A stretch of 60,112 nucleotides of DNA, filler included, from Sphacelaria rigidula (lineage: Eukaryota), in NCBI GenBank assembly GCA_964200075.2. It is 5 parts of 5 records of this genome, joined end to end, with 100 filler letters (N's around TTAATTAATTAA, not from the genome) between each part and the next. Parts side by side here need not be neighbours in the genome. Positions count along the whole stretch, not along the records: positions 1 to 11,943 come from CAXNAA020004305.1; positions 12,044 to 23,986 come from CAXNAA020004306.1; 3 more parts are not named here. One strand, given 5' to 3'. Of the stretch, positions 1 to 12,261 are shown piece after piece (position 1 is the stretch's first letter; each line of letters begins with the position of its first letter). The position numbers and the translations under genes are program-made. Below the pieces are notes generated by a model that worked only from the letters and a program-made list of their open reading frames with translations, did no database searches and was not told where the DNA came from.

Positions 1-412
1 GCGGTTTTGTTTTGGTGCGAGGTAAATGATCTTATGTCTATGGCTTACATGATCATGAGTGTGCCCCCCCCCCCCACCTCCCCCCGCGCGACTCTTACCC
101 AAGATGGCCTTAAAATGAATGAATACAACCCTCCTACCCGCGCCCCTTTTGATCCAAAATTCCATCCCAACAGCTCGCGTTCTAAGCGACTCTTTCGTAT
201 GCATCCATAAAAGATCATTTGGTTGTCGTTTGCGTGCTCGTCAGCCCGAATACTTTACACCGCACTGTACCAGTACCGTGAAAATAATTCGAGAACTTAT
301 CACGTCATGAGTCGGATCTCCGAAGAACAGTGTTAACCGCACTATAACGGGATCCCAACTGCACAAGAATGACAAGGAGCACAGATACATATATTGGAAA
401 AGGACACAATAT

Positions 413-413
<1 letters not shown>

Positions 414-453
<40 letters not shown>
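414..453. repeat. (TTA)n microsatellite
   Basis: Directly visible. Confidence 0.9.
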
Positions 454-456
<3 letters not shown>

Positions 457-611
457 CCATCACATTAGCTCGATCTCCCGAACCCGTGGACGCAGAGGGC
501 AAGGAGCATATCACCAATATACCCATAACCCAGACAGCCCGCAGAAGAAGGCAAGAAAAAAACATCTACTCGAAACAGTGGTACAATATTTCAGACAGAC
601 ATCAAACTTAC

Positions 612-1279
612 CTTGTCTTTGTCCACCTTCTCCACCGTGGCAAGCTGCCTCAAGGCAGCCTCGTAGTACATGATCCCCTCCACAGTGCGAGCCAGGGTTT
701 GGGCACGGAACGACGCCCAAAAACGAGTGCTCTCGATGTGCTTCTTGCTCAGGGCCTGTTGCTCGCTAGAGATTCCAATGCGCTCCATGAAGTTCCGCCA
801 GTCGCTCTTGTATAGTGCCTGATGGTGCCAATTTGTGTGTGTGTGTTGCGCCAGCGGAGGGAGTAAAAACGGGGGGACATGGATCACGTAGTCACATGAT
901 ACACGTTGCTTCTTACACATAAACAGCTGAGACCACAAACTTCTCCAAGATATGGTGTACGTACATTCCATATGAGTTCGACCAATGTATGTACATGACA
1001 GCACAGCACAGTACAGTACAGCACAACACAACACGGCGAACGTAATCCATCTTGGTGCTACACACAGGCCACGACCCTTCGGCCGCAGGCTGTGTCTTGG
1101 AACGGTATCGCCGGCTGACAGCCCGGGGGAGGGGGGGGGGGGGGGGGGAGTACTCATGATCTTGCAGGCCGTAGTCACTAGACTATTGACCTCGCCTCCC
1201 TACAAAGCCGGGATAGNNNNNNNNNNGGGTCCCTCGGGGGGGCGGGCGGGGGCGGGGGGGGGGGGGGGGGGGGGGGGGT

Positions 1280-1328
<49 letters not shown>

Positions 1329-4300
1329 GGGAGTACTCATGATCTTGCAGGCCGTAGTCACTAGACTATTGACCTCGCATCCCTACAAAGCCGGGATAGA
1401 GCACGCCTAGTTTTCGCCGGACCAAGCTCACGAGCACCACGCGCGAAGCGCCGTGATGTGTTGGGAAAGTTCCATGACGGGTGAAATGCACCCTGCAAAT
1501 TTTGTTCAGTCCGAAGCGTGCTAATCATCATGCAAATTGATGACAGTCCGGGGGGGGGGGGGGGCGTACACATTTGTTGCGTACCCGCAGTCATTTAATC
1601 GTTGGCCACGCATCCCTTTCAAGACGGAGCATCGTTCCCACTCCTTATGGAGACACCTCCAATATTTGGGCACCGACTAGGTTTTTGCCATATATTACTA
1701 CTACCAATAATAAAAGCATTCCTGTTCTCTAGGGCTGGGGGAAGGTGAACCCTGGTTCCACTCGCTGCTGTCCTTTTGTATCAAACCCCTGTCCTGTGAG
1801 GGGTGGGGGTTTCCAGATGATCAGAGCAAGGTTACCAGGAAACCATGCGTGTTTCCTATATTATATTTTCAAGGTCCCCGGAACAACCATGCGTGTTTCC
1901 CAGACCCTTTTTTGAAGGTCGGGCAACAGTCTGAAAAAAATTGCAGTCACCCCATCGATCGTCTCGACTGCTTCAATGATACGCCTTGGATCCTGCTGCG
2001 CATTTTCACTCAATTTGACTCTCTCTCTCTGTCTCTGTCTCTGTCTCTGTCTCTGTCTCTCTATCTCTCTCTCTGTCTCTCTGTCTCTCTCTCCCCCCCC
2101 CGCCCCTCCCTCAACTACGGAGGAAAAAATATGAGAACGCCTACGGGCTGGGCCAGTAGTAAATCCCGTATTTGCATGTGACACCATAACTCATCAAGTT
2201 TACCAAATCAGCCCGACTTGAGTTTATCGGTGTGACCTGCAGCCTAACGTGGTAACACACGGGACCGTTTTGAAATAAATTGAAAAAAAATACCGCATAA
2301 TGTCTCACCTAAGGGACAGAGCAAAAAAAAGAAACCGTCGGGATTCGAACTCGTGACCTCCGTAACTGGAGTCAACTTCATCCCTTGGGTTAAAGGAGCG
2401 CAGCCGTGCCACACAAAAAGTGGGATCCTGCGCCAAAAATTTGGAATTTTGGGCCGAAATTGCACCAGGATCTCCTCCGCCCAAGGACGCACAACTAAAA
2501 TAGGGAAACCCCCGTATTTATTTATTTTCACGGAGTTATGACATTTTTGCAGTTTTTGCAGAAACTTCGAATCGCTCCAACTTTCAAAAAAACAAATCTT
2601 GGCATCCCGCGGAGGGTTGTGCCTAGTGATGATGAAAACGTTGTGCCAAAATTTCAGCGCCCAACGCTTCTGATTACCCACCGCCCGGCCCGGATACATT
2701 CGCAAATCACTGTCAGCTGGCCCAGCTCGTACAACTCATTGATGAGGCGTTTCATACTTCATTCTTCTTTTCCGTTGTCATCCTCTCAACCCCTCCCCTT
2801 TCTTTGGACAACTCCGTAACCGAAAGGGATTCATCCACCCTTCTCTCCCCCGCCCAGTAGACTCCTTCTTCCCGTGTCGGCCTCACGGGTTGAATCGGCA
2901 CTCACTGCAGCACCGCCGCGTCGCCCATTGTGTAAAATCAGGTTCTCTTGAAGATTGACAGTAATACCCACGTGCTTCCTCAACTTTCCAGCCACCGAAA
3001 TCAAATATTTCCTCAAGAGAAACAGAAGGAAAAAACACAACATAACTCACTGCCTCACTCTACCTTGCCAACTTTTGCTCGCTTTGTCCTGGAAAGGCAA
3101 GCCTGCGTCTGTGACTACGGGTTCGAAACATCGGGCTCATGCGCGGAAATAGTAGTGGTTATAATCCCACAAGATAGTAGTGATTATAATCCCACAAGAT
3201 AGCACAGGTGACACACACTCATCCCTGCTACTAATACAGCGGCTACGGCACAGAAGATACAACATTTGAGTCATGCCATGGTACGGGCTCTGCACTTGGC
3301 CCCAAATCTTCCCCATCTAGGGGCTCCTGCAATGAGGAGCTACACACACCAGACCACGGGGAAGGATTTTCCCGTTCTACAACCTATTCCAGATATCCCT
3401 ACTCATAGCTCATTGGAATGCTAATCGCGGCGTGCCCTCACACAATTCATCGAGCGTTTTTTTCTCCTTCATTTCTGGTTATAATGCCAAGGACTTTCAA
3501 CAAATATCAAAACAGCGGAATATTTCATGCACCCCTGCCGTGGCACCCCTCTGCAATTCTCCTACACCAATATATATATAATATATATATATGTATATAT
3601 ACCTGTAGGTACATGAGCGTCGTCAGTCCGTCCTCGTTCTTCCGCTCCAGATCCCCCCTGGAGTACACCACATCCTCCGAGTAGAAGGGCGTCATACAGG
3701 ACCAGCTCATCATATCCGTCACGGGCGGCGGCCTCGGCATGTCCATAAACAGCGAGTTCGTGAAGAACGCCAGTCGCCGTCTCGCTTCCACCGAGGAAGG
3801 TTCCGCGGAACGGGGGTCGAGGCCCAGCAGCCCGTGCAGCTTCTCCAAGATCATCAACGTCAACTTGTCCTGTTTTCCATCACGTGTTGTGGGCGGGTGG
3901 ATGATTAAGGACGCGGGGAGAAATACGGGGGGAAAGGGAAGCTTGGCTTGTGACACTTAATTGGTTGGTTGACATACTGATTTTGATTGGTTGACGGATC
4001 ATCACACATAAATTGATGTCCTACGCGTCATCATCCAGTCGTGAGCACCTGGCGAAACAAGTAGAGAATACCGTTGTTCGAAATACAGTTACCAACACAA
4101 ACATGAGTTTTCACCGTTCATATGTTCAGTCCGTACGTACTCTAGCACCCGACGAAAAATTCAAAAGGGTTCATCATCTCTACGATCATTTTTTTCAACC
4201 ATTACGGGCTAACCGGCTGTTCGGGGTCCTACCGGTATACAACCCCGGCGAGGTTGTGGCTCCTTGACGCTGACACTTGATTGAGCCGATCTCAATCGTG

Positions 4301-7300
4301 ACGGTGGACAGTCTTGATTCAGTACTCCAAGAGTGAAGAGTTACTCATCACCCAACAGCCAAAAAATGTACTTCCGGACCGAAACATGAAAGAAATACCC
4401 CGCCGCCTCCCAGTTGGCAACAAGCCCGGTCCGACGAAAACCCGGCGTGCTCCGTCCCGACTTGTAGGGGTGCGAGGTCAATAGTCGTATGACTCAGCAT
4501 GCAAGATCACGAGAACACCCTCCCGGTTGGCCACGGGGCTGTAAAACACGCCTCTAACAGGTGCTAGGCAATCAGGTTACCGTCTTTTTGCTTCCTTGCG
4601 TTCTTCTGCGACAACTATGATGATGGTCATGTTAGATCTTATTCCGAATTCCTCGCGAAGGGGATGTCGTACTACGCAGTGTTTGAATGGTGAGACACCC
4701 ATGAGGCAGTGTAACATGTGGCTGGTCTCTGGAAGTGGCGATACCAGCAGCAATCCATTCGAGGATGTCATCCCATCTGCAAGATATCTCGTACGCTTCG
4801 GGCTGAGTAATCTTTGCAGGATGAAGATCACCCCTCATGCAACTCGTCCTACGCATGACGACCCTAGTCCGGCGAAGACCTATCGTCCTCCGCCCCAGCT
4901 TTGCAGGGATGTGAGGAGCAATGCTACGGTAGGGGTGCACTCTTTCGCGAAATCATGTCTAGTTCAGGGACTCCTAACGATTCTAGATGCACAAAACTAT
5001 GGATCAGAGCACCCCCGTTTGCAAATCCATTCGGGATATCCCCAGCACATTGAAGTAGTAATCCAGGCGTACTTTCTCATATTTTCATGGGTCGTGTTTT
5101 GCATCAGATGAAGGGCTCCCAACAATTCTAACCCTAGAAAGAAAGTGTGCACCCCTACCGTAGCATCACTCTGAGGTCAATGATCTAATGACTACCGCAT
5201 GCAACATCATGAGTATACCCCCCCCCCCGCCCCCCTCCAGAAAACATGTCCTGTGCATATCCTGCTTCTGTTCGCCAAAATTTATCGAATCTAAAACCTT
5301 CGAGCGAGCATGGTCAGCAGCAGCCTGCGAAAGAGATACCGAATCAAGATTTAGGTGAATCTAGTATTTGAATGTCGATTACTGCAGCGACGTAGAGAGT
5401 GCACCTTGTTTGGCATCAGTTGAATAACTGCTAGGATCCATAAAAAATATTGGGTGTATTTGTGAATAAAGGTATACACAAAATCCGACATACTGTAGAG
5501 AATAACTTGTATCACGTATGCTGATGTATGTATACGGTGTGTTTATACGTGCAAGACACGAAACGCACTTATGCTACACTCAATCGTTGGACATATACGG
5601 CATGTATATATTTGCATCAATGTACGGATGCGACATCACCCTTGCACAGCGATCAAAGTCGCTTGATGTAAACGGTGTGTTTATAACAACACATCAACAT
5701 ACGGATAACGGCATGTATTACACTTGAACTCCAATTAAAATTGCTTCATGTATTCGGTGCTCTTATATATACATGTATATATGCATGAAGATGCGTGCAT
5801 GGGCGCATTTTAGATGTACTACAGTCAAATACATACATCGAAATACCTGGAGGACATGCATTGTACTTGTACTTCAATTAAAATCGCCCTGTGTTGTGTC
5901 TATACATCACATTTACACCAATATACCTACAAGACATGAATTGTTACGCGTGCGCTACGATCAAACTCGCGTTGCTTACCTCAGCCATGCGGTCGAGCAT
6001 TGCGCTGGCGTAAGCATCTTCCCACATGAAGCCCGATCCGCAGCCCATCATGTACGATAGCCTTCCCTGGATCTCGATACCCCTCTCGTCACCCGTGCTC
6101 AGCATGTTCTGATAAAAACAAAAAATCAACATCAGACATTGTACATCAAACGGGCTGGCTTATTGAAATCAGCTAACGTGAGATAATCAATCAATCGTTC
6201 AATCGATCAATCGATCAATCGGTGAATAATAAAAAAAAAAATCAGACGTTGAGCCGAAGTTAAGGTTGTGGTCAGCATCCACGTAAGGTTCATTCGAAGC
6301 GGTCTGGCGTCAAGGGACTACCGATTTCCCTCAATTATGTCTATCCGGGCACCGCAGGAACTCATCATCTTGTGGGGGTGGGACATACAGTGATCTACAG
6401 GGTAAGAGGCATATACCCTAGACACCATGCGGGAACAGTCATTGGCTTCTGAAGGGCTTTGAAGCCGCTTGATGGGGCGGCCACGTGGTGTCACGTACGC
6501 ACATATGTGTGTGCGTTTCGTTTCGGCAACTCTTTGATACACCGGATGAATGTACCCACCCGGAGGTCATTGAAGAGGGGTCTCAGCTTGTCCCTCACAG
6601 CATCGCGAGTCTTGTCTGCCTGTACCGTGGTGGAGGTGGAGTGCTCGCCCACCATTCCCTGCCGTCTCCCCTCTGACAGCAAGCAGGGTAGAGGACGATA
6701 ACAACAGGGATGTCAAACACGGCGGGGGGGCGGGGCGGGGCGAGGGGTGTACTCATTTGTTGCTCGCCTTAGTCGTTTGGCCATTGACCACGCATCCCTT
6801 TCGAGACGGAGCACCGTTCCCATCATCAAGGGCGGGAGCGGCGGTGCTGTTCTTTTAATTATCAAAATCTGGAACCACGCAAATGGCGCGTGGACTTCAT
6901 TTTTCAAGCGATGAACAGCTGTGACTCCATCAGCCCCTTCCCTGCACAAAACACCCACTGAGACCCAGCGTGGGGAAGGGGGGGGGGGGTGCCCTCATGA
7001 TTCTTCCCGCCGCAGTCATTGGTGTTGGATGCCTACAAAGCAGGGGCGGAGCACTCGGGATCTCCGCTCGACCAGACTCGTAATTACGAAGCACGAAGAG
7101 CCGTGATGTGCCAGGCAAATCGCAATGAAGGGTGAGCTGCATCCGATCAAGATTGCTCGGCTCGAAGCGCACCAATCATTTTGCATATGGATGACAGCCT
7201 ACAGTGCGTTCCTCGAACCGAAGTGACGGGGGGCGGGGGGAAAGCGTAGATTGTCTTACCGGTTGCCAGACCACCAGAGACGAAGCTTGACGTTGCCCCG

Positions 7301-9259
7301 TTACCAACACTGCCGTTCCCGCTCCCCAGCGTGCTCAGGCTCGTTGTGCTGATGCTCTTTGTCATGCCCCCGGATGGCCTGGACTTGCCCATCTACATAC
7401 AGCACAGCAAAGGGTAAAACGGATTTTCAGTCTGTAATCATGAGTGGTTCAACAGTAACTTAGCCTCAACCTGTTTCGGCGGCCTTTTCCGTCATCTTTT
7501 CTCTTGGTCGGCCTCTCCACCCGGAGTCACGAGGCAAGGGCCGGCCATTTCTTGTTATTATCATAATTATCGTATTCTTCATAATATTCATTGGGCAAGG
7601 TATTGTAATACATGTACCTCCGTCATTTTTTCTTTTTATCCTTTCCTCTATTCTCCTTGTGCTTCCTCCTATTTTTTTTTAGTTTCCATATGTCTTATTT
7701 TTTCCTCTCCTTATTTTTGGTGATCGTTCGTTCATCTAACTCCGTTTTATCCTTCATTCCATATTTCCACTCTCTTACGCTTCCCTCCAAGAGTCTTCCC
7801 GATTTCGTCCACTGATTTCATGCGCGTCCACCCGCGAGTGGATCATGACTCGTCGGGGACCACTTGTTGTGCGACGATCGATCAGTCGACCAACTGCGAC
7901 TACCAGGTAATCAGTTCATGTGACTCAACTGATTGAAGGGCGCGCATCAACTGTTCCTCGACGAGTCATAATCCAGCCGTGGTTAGTCACAAGATCGACG
8001 TCCGCTACCAGGGAGAAACAAAAGGGATACACTCGCCGAGAATTGTTGTCGCTCTTGTTGCTATTGCCGTTGTCTTCACATTCAAGACCGTCCCGAAATC
8101 TACCCAGTAGTCTGTACTGGGCATCTGATGCGGACGCCTTCCGTGGTCACAGGCTAATGACCCAAAATAGGGTAAAAGAAAATCAACAGAACAAAAACGG
8201 ACCCAGAAAAAATCACACAAAATGAAAACAGAATACAGTCAACAACAATAACAACAACAATAACAATGACAATGACACAAGAAGGAAAGGAAAGGAAAAG
8301 AGCTACTACTACTACTGCTGCAATTACTGCTGCAACTACTGCGGCTACTACTACTACTACTGCACCTACTACTACTAATGGCAATAACAACGGAATGGAA
8401 CTAAAAAAGGCCGCTTTCCGCAGCATGACTTCAGACAAAATAAGACCGTGTGCAAAAGCAGCTTCACACCACGATAGAATACAGAATTGACGACTGATTT
8501 AATCTCTTTTGAAAACACCCAATTGACAGATTGACCACCTGTCGCAGATTAAACTGATCCCGCCACGATTTCAGCAGTAAATATGGATTAGTTGTATACA
8601 TATATGCAGACAACTAAGAAATAGCGGAATGCAGAACAAATACCCACTTCCCTCCGTCAGTCATATTGATCGATCGATGTATTCATTGACTTAATTCTCG
8701 CACATTGGGTGATGCCCCAGGGATCTAGCCGTGGTCAAAAGACTCGTATCTTACTCATACTCATCATACCCGTGATCATAAATCTAAATATATATCTCCA
8801 TCTTGAAGCTCTAACGGTGTTTTACCAGGGATGTTGATCACGACGGCATTCGCATGCGGACATAAATTTACACATATGTTCACAATGAACATTGGTAGAT
8901 GTACCTCCCTGGAAAATGACTTACTCAGCCAGTCAACTCAAGCGCGGCTAATGTCGAAAGTGACGTGCGTACCTTTCCGGTTCCTCCAGAACCGCGGTTT
9001 GATTCATTACCCTGAGTACCTCCGCCGCCGGCACCCCCTACTTTGGGCTTACGCTTGGGAAGGGCGTGGTGCAGGGTGGTGATAATGGCCGTTACATCCG
9101 CCGTGATCGCCTTGATGTTCCGCAGCTTGAGGTGGCTCATGGCGTTGTCGCTGTTGATGAACTCTTGGAACACCTTCGCAGTTCAAACAGTGCCAATTTG
9201 AGGAAAGACAGTTCAGAAAATGGACATTCTTGAGATGGTTACAGCGAGGAGAAGTGGGG

Positions 9260-9324
<65 letters not shown>

Positions 9325-10484
9325 ACGATCATACATGCCGAGTCGAGGAACAAAAGACTCTTCACCCTGTATCCGGTCAGAGCCGAGACGGAGCACGCCG
9401 GGATTTGGCCAGACCAGGCTCGCTTCGTCATCGAGCGCGAAGCGCCGTGGTGTATTCGACGAATCGCATGAAGGGTGAGCTGCACTCTACTCAGGATTGT
9501 CCGGCCCGAAGCGTACTTGAAAACTATCTTGCACATAAATCACAGCCCACAATTTATGAGAGGGTGTCTGTTGCTGCCTATGCACCACTGCGACGGTGAA
9601 CACGACTTCGTGACTTTTTCACGCGTGCTTGTACAAAAAGACGAGTCCTTTAGCAAGATGCGCATTGTTCAGCACGGAGGAATCAATCAACTCCATACAT
9701 GTATATATATAGACGTAAATAATACCATCTACCGGATCGTTCGTGTTCTGAGCAATGCTACGGTAGGGGTGCACTTTTTGCGCTAAGTGTGGTATGGTTC
9801 ACGCGCTCCCAACGATTCTAGATGCACGATAATATGCATCAGGGCATCCCCGTTTGCAAATTCATTCGGGATATCCTTAGTACATTGGAATAGTAATCCT
9901 GGCGTACTCACGTATTTCAGAAGTCGTGTTTTGGATCAGATAAAGGGCTCCTGACAGTTCTAACCTCAGGAAATATTTGGGCACCCCTACCGTAGCATCC
10001 CTTACGATGACTGCACACTAGAGGGTGAACAAGCCTGAACAACATGCGTACAAGAGTCGGACGAGGCAACGCTAGTTCAAACCACCGAATCCAATATTTT
10101 CTAGGGGGGCTCATGACCCGAAAGAGAAAAAAAACAAGAAATGACGGCGGGTCAAAACCGCCTCTACGCGGATCTTGCGCTACAGTACTCCACGTGCCTG
10201 GGGTGCAAAGTCGAGAACAGAAACCCAAGGATGGATTCATAAGGTACGAACCATTTCCACAAAAAGCAATAAATTTCCAGACAAGTAATTACTGGTCCGC
10301 CCCTTGCATGCTTCCACTCCACAAACACACACACAATGTCGGGGGACTTCCCGGTCATAGCCGTATAGTATATTTCACGTCTTGCCTCAATGGTCCTCTT
10401 CATGTCGGCGGAGTGCACAGGACCCAACAGCGAACGGATCATCCACACGCCAAGCTCCCACACCTCGCTCAGAGCCTCATGCAC
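612..10484 (-). CDS. CALS: 1,3-beta-glucan synthase / callose synthase (GT48, FKS/GSL family), internal 7 exons; 5' and 3' parts lie outside the block
   Basis: Exons 10386-10484, 8973-9173, 7260-7392, 6560-6672, 5980-6108, 3603-3869 and 612-818 join in frame (phases 0,0,1,0,0,0). The translation has GT48 motifs EARRRLAFFTNSLFMDMP, SCMTPFYSEDVVYS, NEDGLTTLMYLQ|ALYKSDWRNFMER and RFWASFRAQTLARTVEGIMYY. Donors are GT except a GC after 10386. The upstream four exons are less certain than the last two. Confidence 0.93.
1328..1545. repeat. Dispersed ~220-bp repeat abutting a poly-G tract (representative copy)
   Basis: GTACTCATGATCTTGCAGGCCGTAGTC...GATGACA. Related copies at about 1-75 (-), 4420-4522 (-), 4790-5230 (-, interrupted), 6985-7196, 9320-9545, 10715-11360 (interrupted) and 53450-53640 (-). 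Confidence 0.75.
2018..2092. repeat. (CT)n/(CTCTGT)n microsatellite
   Basis: Directly visible. Confidence 0.9.
2144..2729. mobile_element. Tc1/mariner-like MITE (TA TSD) carrying a tRNA-like segment, copy 1
   Basis: TA|CGGGCTGGGCCAG ... CTGGCCCAGCTCG|TA. Internal minus-strand B-box-like GAGTTCGAATCCC at about 2341-2353. Confidence 0.7.
4916..5171. mobile_element. MITE family S (Sola-like: GAG termini, 4-bp TSD), copy 1
   Basis: TIR GAGCAATGCTACGGTAGGGGTGCAC; TSD TGAG/TGAG. Inserted inside a copy of the G-tract repeat. Confidence 0.8.
9262..9323. repeat. (TG)n microsatellite
   Basis: Directly visible; abuts a copy of the ~220-bp repeat. Confidence 0.9.
9750..10003. mobile_element. MITE family S, copy 2
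   Basis: Colinear with 4916-5171; the right TIR end and TSD are degraded. Confidence 0.75.
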
Positions 10485-10743
10485 CTAACATGAAAAATAT
10501 ATATTTTGGAGCATGACAAAATAAGATGAATAATAGTGGACAAATGGGGCACGACAAAAATAGGATGGTGAAGAATAATTGACACATATTACGCGATTCC
10601 TCCATTGCTGCCGGCATCACTCAAAGCGAGAGGGGTTGAGCAGCGATGATAATTCGATATAAGAGTCAACGGAAGCTGGGTACGGGAGTGAGATGGGGGG
10701 GGGGGGAGGAGGGGGGGGTGTCCTCATGATCTTGCATGCCATG

Positions 10744-11289
10744 CGAGCTGGGCCAGCCGTAAAACTTACAAACGCACGGTACACCACAACTTCTCAAGTT
10801 TTCCGAATCAGCCCGATTTCAGCATATCGCTGAAAAAAAAAAATGTACTGCATAATATATGACATTAGACACGGAACCACATTCTGCGAAAAAAAAAGAG
10901 TATCTGTAGGGATTAGAACTCGCGACCTCCATGACAGGAGTCTTCCGGATCACTTGGATTACAGAGGCGCAGCGGTGTCACACAAGAGGATTCACGCTGG
11001 GCCCAACTTTAGGAGTTTTCAGCTGAAACAGAACCCAAATCTTCTGCGTGTAAGTATGACTCCAGTGATGCCGCCGTTTTTTTCTTTTCACGGAGTTGTG
11101 ACATTTTCACATTTTGCTGCGATTTCAATTCACTTTATATTCATGTTTTACTTTTTTCTTGACATTCCCAGAAATGTTCCGCGTGTTCGTAATAAAAATT
11201 TCGTGTCAAAATTTCAGCACCGAGCTCCTCAAATTGAGCATGGGGTCACCAGATTACCGACAAGAAACACTATCAGCTGCACCACCTCG
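10744..11289. mobile_element. Tc1/mariner-like MITE carrying a tRNA-like segment, copy 2
   Basis: Colinear with 2144-2729; splits a copy of the G-tract repeat at its TA site. Confidence 0.65.
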
Positions 11290-11839
11290 TAGTCGTATCA
11301 TCATTAAACATTGATCTTGCATTCCTCCAAAACCGGGGCGCACTAAGCCGGATTTTTGTCGGACCAGACTCACAATCAAAAAGTCGCGTGTCATGCGAAG
11401 TTTATTATCTTTGTTCTTGCTTTGCCTTTTGTGCTGTACGTAAACCTAGGCGTGGGGGGGAGGGGGGGGGCGGGGGCGGGGACAGGTTGTTATCTTGAGA
11501 GTATGGGCTTGTGCCGATGTAAAGGAGACAAAAAATACGGGAGAGAGGATGAGAGACTCTAGATGATGAACAACCCATGGCGAAAAAATCTGCTCCAACA
11601 GTTTGCCCATCGAGTATACGGAGTTACAAAAAAAAAGAAGAGGTTCAAGATTCAAGCTGTTGTTTTGTCGACAGTACCCTATTCCTGCCTGCACTATGTA
11701 CGTACCGCACGAAAAACAACCACGACCACAGCGCACTTCCACATGACATGCGTCTATTCCCACAGTAAGTGTCCCATGTTCCTGAGCTTATCTTGAAATA
11801 TTGTCGTGCATGTTATATTTCAACTTTTTATTTCCATCC

Positions 11840-11878
<39 letters not shown>

Positions 11879-11943
11879 CCCCCATACCGCCCCGGCACAC
11901 CCGCGTCGCGCGGATACACGAGTAGACGGGCCACGCCTCCCAC

Positions 11944-12043
11944 NNNNNNNNNNNNNNNNNNNNNNNNNNNNNNNNNNNNNNNNNNNNTTAATTAATTAAN
12001 NNNNNNNNNNNNNNNNNNNNNNNNNNNNNNNNNNNNNNNNNNN
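11944..12043. other. Artificial 100-nt linker (N44-TTAATTAATTAA-N44); identical linkers at 23987-24086, 36029-36128 and 48071-48170
   Basis: Six-frame stop cassette between N runs; the flanking blocks are 11942-11943 nt long. Confidence 0.97.
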
Positions 12044-12130
12044 ACTGATTGACCGCTTTTCACTTTCAATCGTATCATCTACTCTCAATCTCACGAAAAC
12101 ACTGTTGAAAGTGTGATAGTTCCGAGAGGA
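12044..12130 (+). mobile_element. Short fragment related to the gypsy integrase region
   Basis: ACTGATTGACCGCTTTTCACT...CTCACGAAAACACTGTT matches the reverse complement of about 50085-50163. Confidence 0.6.
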
Positions 12131-12261
12131 GTTATGAGCATGCGGTCATTTTTTCTACCCTCCACGAGTTGGGAGTTTTCGGAGCTAGTGCCAAGTGCTC
12201 TCCCCCTCACATTTCTTGGACGGAAACACCCATCATCCGTCACAAACACGTATGTCGACAG

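Noticed and set aside
1131..1400. Tandem duplication of about 70 nt around long poly-G
   Set aside because: It straddles an N gap and homopolymer runs, so it is most likely an assembly artefact.
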